Virus record (IMG/VR): IMGVR_UViG_3300017913_001136
Coordinates: 1-64,000 of that record
Reading direction: 5' to 3' (one strand)
DNA: 64,000 nucleotides
Source: a virus
Taxonomy: Duplodnaviria > Caudoviricetes
Both the position numbers and the translations under genes were made by a program. The stretch's first letter is position 1, and each line of letters opens with the position of its first letter. The notes under the pieces were generated by a model. That model ran no database searches. It worked only from the letters and a program-made list of their open reading frames with translations, and had not been told where the DNA came from. Positions 58,438 to 64,000 of this stretch are shown here, in pieces.

Positions 58438-58680
58438 TTATTCAAAAAGTGCTGAATCAATCGTATTAGTTTTGGGGAGGAAGTTAAGAGACATTGCCTC
58501 TGCCTCTAACTTATCCTTGATGACTGGTGAGATAAACTTGCGAACATCTTCTGGTTCGATGTTGTTCTTCTCACACAGTAATAGGATAGCATCCATGTAT
58601 CCTATTGATTTTTCTACAACCTCGTTTTCCACGAGTTTAGAAAATTTAGATTTGTTTAAAAATGATTCTTCTACACTCAT
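58438..58680 (-). CDS. gp33: Late transcription co-activator
   Basis: FSKLVENEV...GYMDAILLLCEKNNIE...IKDKLEAEAMSLNFL. Confidence 0.88.
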   Translation of the reverse strand: MSVEESFLNKSKFSKLVENEVVEKSIGYMDAILLLCEKNNIEPEDVRKFISPVIKDKLEAEAMSLNFLPKTNTIDSALFE

Positions 58681-59795
58681 TTATCTAATGCTCTCAATAG
58701 TATTGTTTCCACGTTGATCCGACCATTAGGTGCGAACGATTTGGTTGTAAGAGTTTTCCACTCCTTATCAATTTGAAGTGGAGTCTTACCAAGAACAATG
58801 GGCAGGAACTCATTCGGTTTACGAAGTTTCACCGATCTGCTATTTTCCTGATCAAAGTTCTTGATCGTAGAACCACTGATTTCAAAACCAGTAGTCGACG
58901 TTGTCACATACTCAGTAAGAACACGTGTCTTAGCGTTGAAGCAGAAAAGACGAGTTTTGTTGATGATCTGAATAGGTGGTATAGAAACCAACTTGAACTC
59001 AGGATCCTCCTTCTTGTACTTCACATTACGAACTTGCTTATCAGCACTCTTCGGCAACTTAGCACGTGTCTTACGAGTTGCTTTCGAAGCAGACTTGATA
59101 CGGTCTAGATCCGATAGCATTTCATTACAAACTTTTATGCGGCGACTGAGTTCAGGTCTTTTCAAATGCGAGTAACCTTCAACGGCATCAGGACAAGACT
59201 TGTTGTAGGCATCTTCATAATCAGATAACCATCCCTCAATCACCTCACGAACTGGGAGTGTAGCAGAAGCACCCAGTCCATGCTTCTTGAACAGAGCATA
59301 TAAGTCAAGAGAAGTTTTTTCACCCTCCATCCAAGAATCTTCTAAATCTAATACGTCTTGCATGATTGTATTAGATATTTTATTTTGCAGTCTCTGCATA
59401 GGAGACAACGAAACTACACGATCGGAATCTTTGAGTTTTGCTTGCTTCTCGAAATATAGTGGTTTACCTATTTCGATAAGAGACTGAATATATCTATCCA
59501 GTGCTTTTTTCCAATACACAACACGATCGTTAGTCTCGTGTGAGTTCATCAAGAATGCTGCAGTTCCGCAGTAATGTGAATGACCCCAAAACTTATAGTC
59601 AGGGCAAGCATTGATAAACTTGTAATCGCTCTTTGATACATTGTCTTTAACATAAGACTTGAATGTAGATACAAGGTCTTTACGATCCACTTCCGTGTGA
59701 ACGAAAGACATAACTGCGTCGATACCTTTATCGAAAGGTGCTGCCGCAATACCTGAACGACGAACAATTGCTTTTTTCTTCTTACGAACTGCCAT
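58677..59795 (-). CDS. Conserved T4-like hypothetical protein
   Basis: 372-aa ORF with GAGGAG RBS, first gene after an early promoter. Confidence 0.7.
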   Translation of the reverse strand: MAVRKKKKAIVRRSGIAAAPFDKGIDAVMSFVHTEVDRKDLVSTFKSYVKDNVSKSDYKFINACPDYKFWGHSHYCGTAAFLMNSHETNDRVVYWKKALDRYIQSLIEIGKPLYFEKQAKLKDSDRVVSLSPMQRLQNKISNTIMQDVLDLEDSWMEGEKTSLDLYALFKKHGLGASATLPVREVIEGWLSDYEDAYNKSCPDAVEGYSHLKRPELSRRIKVCNEMLSDLDRIKSASKATRKTRAKLPKSADKQVRNVKYKKEDPEFKLVSIPPIQIINKTRLFCFNAKTRVLTEYVTTSTTGFEISGSTIKNFDQENSRSVKLRKPNEFLPIVLGKTPLQIDKEWKTLTTKSFAPNGRINVETILLRALDK

Positions 59796-59827
59796 GATAA
59801 ACTCCTCTAATTATAATGACTGCATAT

Positions 59828-59866
59828 ATTATATCATACTTTTAAATAAAAGTAAAGAACTTTTTT
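59828..59866 (-). promoter_or_regulatory. Early promoter TTTACT-N17-TATAAT (copy 1)
   Basis: AAAAAAGTTCTTTACTTTTATTTAAAAGTATGATATAAT; near-identical to three other copies. Confidence 0.85.
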
Positions 59867-60446
59867 ATCCTAATAGATCTAAAGTTTCAGCAACGAAATC
59901 ATCCATGAGTTCTGCTCTGTACTCCCAAGCGATATCATTCCAGAATTCTTCGGATTCTTCATCCTCCCACTCACCAGTTTCAAAATCAAACTTGCCTTTG
60001 ATTTCTGGGAACTTTTCCATCGCCATCTCAAGGATCTCATAATCCTCATCTTCGCGACTATCGATCTCCGTCTTACCGACATAAACTGATGCGCCAATGA
60101 AGTTAGGAAACTCATCTTCATAACGTACAACAGTCAATAACTTCTTATCATACTGAGAAAGATCTTCTAGGATTTTTTCAATACCTTCAATCGGAGGTGC
60201 CCATGCCGACTCTGTTGTAAAATAGTCAGGATCTCTATCTTCAAAGTAACACCATTTCGCTCCGACATTTTCTGTCATCCATGAGCGATCTTCGATTTTA
60301 TCAAAGTTATCACCAACAACAAAGATATCACCGAACCATTTAAATGTGTGATCCTCACGAACCTTTGCATATAATTCTTGCAATCTCTTTTGTGCTGCTT
60401 CGTTGATACGTTGAAACTCAACACTAGTGTGTACGTGGTTTGCCAT
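59865..60446 (-). CDS. Hypothetical protein (YubB/DUF1281-like)
   Basis: MANH...ENVGAKW...FTTESAWAPP...YEDEFPNFIG. Confidence 0.5.
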   Translation of the reverse strand: MANHVHTSVEFQRINEAAQKRLQELYAKVREDHTFKWFGDIFVVGDNFDKIEDRSWMTENVGAKWCYFEDRDPDYFTTESAWAPPIEGIEKILEDLSQYDKKLLTVVRYEDEFPNFIGASVYVGKTEIDSREDEDYEILEMAMEKFPEIKGKFDFETGEWEDEESEEFWNDIAWEYRAELMDDFVAETLDLLG

Positions 60447-60787
60447 TATCCTCTCCTCATTCTTGCTATCTCTTTGGCATCATTACTATCTTTGCGAACT
60501 GGCACCATATTACTTTTATGCAATGTACCGATCCCTGCAAGTTCATCGCCAGTGTATTGTTTAGCAACTCTCTTGAACCCATTGCCAACAACATCCGAGC
60601 ATGGTATCGCTCGCTCAACCCTATACGAAGGCATTTCTGCTCTGTGTCCTGAGTTTGCGACATAACCAACTTTCCTCAACAACTCTGCAGTTTTACGTTC
60701 TTCTTCTAGAACTGCTGCAGTCTTTTTCTTTGATTTACGTTTACGAGTATTGAGTGAGGTCATACCTCTAACCAAATGCATAGTCAT
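60446..60787 (-). CDS. Conserved hypothetical protein
   Basis: YTGDELAGIGTLHKSNMVPV...EIARMRR. Confidence 0.65.
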   Translation of the reverse strand: MTMHLVRGMTSLNTRKRKSKKKTAAVLEEERKTAELLRKVGYVANSGHRAEMPSYRVERAIPCSDVVGNGFKRVAKQYTGDELAGIGTLHKSNMVPVRKDSNDAKEIARMRRG

Positions 60788-60951
60788 GATTTGTCATACC
60801 CCTTTTCTTCCATCTCTTTCATTCTGCGTCTGAGATAATCCATTATCAAAATATCAATGCCTGATGGTTCTTTCTTCAGACTCAATTTTTCCAACTCACC
60901 CTGAAACACTCTGTAAGCAAGAAGGCGATCGCTCGTCATTTCCGGAAGCAT
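60784..60951 (-). CDS. Small hypothetical protein (55 aa)
   Basis: Manual ORF MLPEMTSDRLLAYRVF...; stop/start overlaps with both neighbours (TGATG, ATGA). Confidence 0.5.
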   Translation of the reverse strand: MLPEMTSDRLLAYRVFQGELEKLSLKKEPSGIDILIMDYLRRRMKEMEEKGYDKS

Positions 60952-61172
60952 CAGTCCCAATCCCTATCATAATTAACAGCGTCACGCATACGATCGCCAT
61001 AATACTTTTCAGCATACTGTGGAGCATCTGTCCAAGCATTAATATTATTTTGACTATACATGTATGATTGTGTTTCGGTTTTCCGAACACGCTGATTACG
61101 CTGCAACTTTTTATTGAATTTTTTGGAAACTTTACGGATCAATGCCATCCGCTGTGCTTGGGTTTGTGCCAT
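60951..61172 (-). CDS. Early hypothetical protein
   Basis: GAGGAG RBS; first gene after promoter copy 2. Confidence 0.7.
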   Translation of the reverse strand: MAQTQAQRMALIRKVSKKFNKKLQRNQRVRKTETQSYMYSQNNINAWTDAPQYAEKYYGDRMRDAVNYDRDWD

Positions 61173-61205
61173 AATATAAACTCCTCAAGAATTGACTATG
61201 CATTC

Positions 61206-61245
61206 ATTATATCATACTTTTAAATAAAAGTAAAGACTTTTTTTT
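61206..61245 (-). promoter_or_regulatory. Early promoter (copy 2)
   Basis: TTTACT-N17-TATAAT with the same spacer as copy 1. Confidence 0.85.
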
Positions 61246-61513
61246 AAGAATTATAAATTTTTCTTAACATATCTTCGAACTGATCGACCTTTTCGATACG
61301 ATTTGGCCACAGAATATATTCCTTCTCAGGATTCTTCTTTAAGTTCGTCAACAAAGGTTGAATAGCATTATAGAGGCGATCAAGTTTATCTTGAGTCACA
61401 TTTTGACCAACATCAAGTTGGTTGATTGTTTCTTGCTTTTTCTTAACAACTTCAAGTTCGTTTTCATCGACAGCAGTAAACCCGAAGTCAAAATCTAAAT
61501 CATCAGATGACAT
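61244..61513 (-). CDS. Conserved hypothetical protein
   Basis: DFDFGFTAVDENEL...PLLTNLKKNPEKEYILWPNR; GAGGAG RBS. Confidence 0.7.
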   Translation of the reverse strand: MSSDDLDFDFGFTAVDENELEVVKKKQETINQLDVGQNVTQDKLDRLYNAIQPLLTNLKKNPEKEYILWPNRIEKVDQFEDMLRKIYNS

Positions 61514-61679
61514 CGTCTCTCCTCATGTATGCGTAGTTTATAAAAAGTACATAGGAGATGAGGAACCAAAAAACACTGCCAGTGAGTATTGATTGACTCA
61601 TCACCCATGCAAAAGGTAATGCCACAAAGACGTCATACGGTTTTATTGCTGAGGTCTTTCGTTTGTCTGCTTGAAGCAT
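61503..61679 (-). CDS. Small membrane protein (58 aa)
   Basis: Manual ORF with two hydrophobic segments (VFVALPFAWVM; VFWFLISYVLFINY) filling the gap. Confidence 0.4.
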   Translation of the reverse strand: MLQADKRKTSAIKPYDVFVALPFAWVMSQSILTGSVFWFLISYVLFINYAYMRRDDVI

Positions 61680-61855
61680 ACGTACTCATTTCCAATTGGT
61701 GTTGTGATTACAATCGACTTCGCATTAGGATCTGGCGCACGGCATTCAATCTGTGCCCAATAATTATATCCTCTTTCGTTCCACTTTAATTTTTCGTCGA
61801 GAAACTCTCGTTCTGCCCAACCAAACAATGCTAAAAAAGCAATTACACCTGTCAT
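61643..61855 (-). CDS. Small hypothetical protein with N-terminal hydrophobic segment
   Basis: 70-aa ORF, AAGG RBS. Confidence 0.55.
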   Translation of the reverse strand: MTGVIAFLALFGWAEREFLDEKLKWNERGYNYWAQIECRAPDPNAKSIVITTPIGNEYVCFKQTNERPQQ

Positions 61856-61871
61856 TTTTTTCGTTTCCTTC

Positions 61872-62154
61872 TATGGTGATGAGGGAGTAACCATGCTCCC
61901 TCGCGAGTCTATTTAGCGACCAACCTTAATAAAGCAGTGCCAGCGTTTACTTAATGGTGCTGGATGCATCTCCTTTTGTTAATGTAGGGATTCCACCTAC
62001 TCCCACCTCGCTTTAAAGTCTGCGTGTCCAAGACTACCCCTATTTATATGGTTCCGGAGGTGGTTGAGAGAGAGGAGCAAAAAATACCACCTCCGAAAAC
62101 TAATGCCAATCAATTATCTTCTATCGTCCAACCGTCTGTAAGATAATTGATTGG
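61872..62154 (-). ncRNA. Candidate structured non-coding RNA locus
   Basis: About 300-nt ORF-free gap with 15-bp and 10-bp long-loop hairpins, an exact late promoter at 62041-62048, and four further stems. Confidence 0.5.
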
Positions 62155-62164
62155 AAACTCTATA

Positions 62165-62398
62165 TTACTTATATACAACCTCAAACCCATGTTCATCTGC
62201 TTTTACTCTCTCGCCAGTAAACCAATCCAAACCGTTATTGAAATATGACAGAACATGTAAGACTTGATATCCTTTATCCTCGTATTTACCATACAGGGAT
62301 CTACCGAATGCCTGAAACATATCACCTTCTAAGTAACAAGGAATTGCATCAATCTTGTAACCAGGATGTTCAATTGAATCGTAAGTTTGTTTGACCAT
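62165..62398 (-). CDS. Early hypothetical protein
   Basis: 77-aa ORF coupled (TAATG) to the upstream gene. Confidence 0.6.
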   Translation of the reverse strand: MVKQTYDSIEHPGYKIDAIPCYLEGDMFQAFGRSLYGKYEDKGYQVLHVLSYFNNGLDWFTGERVKADEHGFEVVYK

Positions 62399-62715
62399 TA
62401 TGCAGCATCCGCTTCCATTAACAATGCCATCTGATCACAAAAGTGATGCAACTCGCCATCGGTCATATCCGATAGTTTAGGACTAATGAAACGAGCATAT
62501 GATTTGCTCATTGCATCTGCTGCCATATAGTAAGCAGACTCTTCGAGTTGCTGACGCTCGAACTCAGCAAGAGTGCCAGAAGGCACACGCTCTGACCAAT
62601 ACTCAGTATCAGTATGGCAAGGCAACATGCCCATGAAGTTTCCAGGAGCAGCAGCAGTAAATGCTTCTGCTTCTTGACGTTGTGCTACAATATAATCTAC
62701 TAATGCTTTTTCCAT
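62398..62715 (-). CDS. Early hypothetical protein
   Basis: Probable start MEKALV after GAGGAG; first gene after promoter copy 3. Confidence 0.65.
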   Translation of the reverse strand: MEKALVDYIVAQRQEAEAFTAAAPGNFMGMLPCHTDTEYWSERVPSGTLAEFERQQLEESAYYMAADAMSKSYARFISPKLSDMTDGELHHFCDQMALLMEADAA

Positions 62716-62748
62716 AATTTTGCTCCTCATTGATTTGATTACCCTTAT

Positions 62749-62788
62749 ATTATATCATACTTTTCGAGATAAGTAAAGACTTTTTTTA
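62749..62788 (-). promoter_or_regulatory. Early promoter (copy 3)
   Basis: TTTACT-N17-TATAAT with an A-tract UP element. Confidence 0.85.
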
Positions 62789-62805
62789 CTTTTTTTTCTT
62801 TTTTT

Positions 62806-62976
62806 TTACCAAGTTTTTTCGTCACCACTGATAGTTGAAGGATTTTCCATTCTTTCAATCCTTTCCTTTAACTCAGCGATTTCTTCATTGAGTTCTTTGA
62901 TACGATTCAGCAAAAAATACTTTTCTTGTGTCTCTTCCACCATCTGGCGTTTCATGATGTTGATGTCTGGATCCAT
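62806..62976 (-). CDS. Small coiled-coil protein (56 aa)
   Basis: Manual ORF MDPDINIMKRQMVEETQEKY...; GAGGAG RBS. Confidence 0.6.
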   Translation of the reverse strand: MDPDINIMKRQMVEETQEKYFLLNRIKELNEEIAELKERIERMENPSTISGDEKTW

Positions 62977-63380
62977 TTGTTATATAACTCCTCTTGTAAC
63001 CTGTATGCTTCTTCCTCCCACGGAAGGTTCATATATGTATCTACAGTATCATAGATACCAATATATTCTTCACCTTTCCACGCTTTACGAATCCCATGAT
63101 CTTTCAATAAACCACGCTCGTGCTGACGAACATGAACCATCTCATGGAAAACCGCAGTCATAAAGTCCTCTTCGATCAAACCGCTCTGAACTTCAATCTC
63201 ATGCTCACCTTTATCAATACAACAATGATATGCATCGGCATCACCAGGAATATCGGTAATGGTGATTTCGACGCTCAAGTTTCTTTTGCGTGGCATTAAC
63301 TTTTTGATCGCAAAGTTGACAGCATCAAATGCCATCCTCTGCTCCTTGTTAGTTCCACCTTGTATCTCTAAAACTATCAT
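62952..63380 (-). CDS. Putative zincin metallopeptidase-like protein
   Basis: HEMVHVRQ (HExxHxxQ) and PWEEEAY. Confidence 0.65.
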   Translation of the reverse strand: MIVLEIQGGTNKEQRMAFDAVNFAIKKLMPRKRNLSVEITITDIPGDADAYHCCIDKGEHEIEVQSGLIEEDFMTAVFHEMVHVRQHERGLLKDHGIRKAWKGEEYIGIYDTVDTYMNLPWEEEAYRLQEELYNKWIQTSTS

Positions 63381-63386
63381 ACCAAT

Positions 63387-63424
63387 ATTATATCATACTT
63401 TTAAAATAAAGTAAAGTTTTTTTA
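63387..63424 (-). promoter_or_regulatory. Early promoter (copy 4), 6 nt from the ATG
   Basis: TTTACT-N17-TATAAT-ATTGGT-ATG. Confidence 0.85.
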
Positions 63425-64000
63425 TGCAGTTTTATTATGTTTTTTCTGGTGGACTTCGATCTTTACATTATCTCCGACTTTGAACTTAATCTGATCGTGG
63501 AAGTGGTGTAAGATAAAATCTGTTCTTCCTTCAAAGTCTTTAAACATATTCTGCCACAGTGGTCGCCAGTTTTCTGATAATCTGTGATTGTTCATACCAC
63601 CACGATCAGAAGGAAGAACCAGATCTGTATAACTGCGAAGATTAAAATCTAGGATAGAATCAAACCCCCACATATGTATGTGTGTTGCTTTTAATTTTTG
63701 TGCAGCATAATACACTGCCATGTGACCACAATTGAAGTCAGTATAATTTTTTGCGTATGATGGTTTTTTTGTATAGAACTCTTTGATTCTATGTGCAACT
63801 TTCATATAAAAATTAGAATGCTTATCACAGTACATCTTAGGACGCATACCACAAATCCATTCTCCAGGAGGATTGATCTCTCCCTTATTAATCGTGTGCA
63901 TCATTTTAAAATCAACGATACAAGACGCATATGCTTCTGGAACATCAAATGGTGGAACATTACAAAGAAGTTTCAGTCCCTTCCTCGGATGGTCTCTATA
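63422..64000 (-). CDS. DUF115/Maf-like putative glycosyltransferase-family protein (start outside window)
   Basis: Frame stays open from 63904 to the window edge (YRDHPRKGLKLLCNVPP...CIVDFKM); NCGHMAVYYAAQKL..IHMWGFDS resembles the SG..A..A..LG..I.L.G.D motif. Confidence 0.45.
   Translation of the reverse strand, partial: YRDHPRKGLKLLCNVPPFDVPEAYASCIVDFKMMHTINKGEINPPGEWICGMRPKMYCDKHSNFYMKVAHRIKEFYTKKPSYAKNYTDFNCGHMAVYYAAQKLKATHIHMWGFDSILDFNLRSYTDLVLPSDRGGMNNHRLSENWRPLWQNMFKDFEGRTDFILHHFHDQIKFKVGDNVKIEVHQKKHNKTA

Noticed and set aside
61872-62040. tRNA or tmRNA (5' GGGGTAG, 3' ...TCACCA)
   Set aside because: The ends do not form a 7-bp acceptor stem, and there is no T-loop or recognisable tag frame.
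59828-63424. CRISPR-like array from the repeated ~40-bp sequence
   Set aside because: Spacing is irregular (0.6-1.5 kb), copies precede genes, and they contain -35/-10 boxes, so they are promoters.
775-63558. Numerous short opposite-strand or alternate-frame ORFs in the track (e.g. 775-1188, 33612-34025, 39814-40410, 56560-57330)
   Set aside because: They are shadows of long conserved genes, with no RBS or recognisable motifs.

Overview
64 kb of a T4-like myovirus genome (probably marine/aquatic; host not determinable), covering the neck, tail, fibre and baseplate region. Minus strand: gp20 (partial), 19, 18, 17, 16, 15, a split 14, 13, three paralogous LamG adhesins, long fibres, VrlC-like, 8, 9-like, 7, 6, 25, a three-gene gp5 region, 53 and 48. 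A plus-strand block carries gp4, 2, 54, 26, 51 and a tape-measure-like gene. It is followed by gp32, gp33 and small early genes behind repeated sigma70-type promoters. T4-type late promoters (TATAAATA) punctuate the structural region. Main observation: the dipeptide Asp-Ser (D-S-[A/D/S/G/N]) is strongly enriched in fibres, peripheral baseplate proteins and the probably outward-facing parts of neck and sheath proteins. It is nearly absent from buried and non-virion proteins, and both Ser codon families encode it. In the middle of these genes sits an antisense, AT-rich cassette of three DxD glycosyltransferases, a split radical-SAM/SPASM pair and a methyltransferase. Hypothesis (inference, untested): a phage-encoded, sequon-directed virion O-glycosylation or modification system. 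Other findings: a probable programmed -1 frameshift joining gp26 and gp51 upstream of the tape measure, a late-promoter structured ncRNA locus, leaderless transcripts, a split gp14 and a degenerate amidase in the gp5 region. All motif counts were made by eye from the supplied translations, and family calls come from motif recognition, not database searches.
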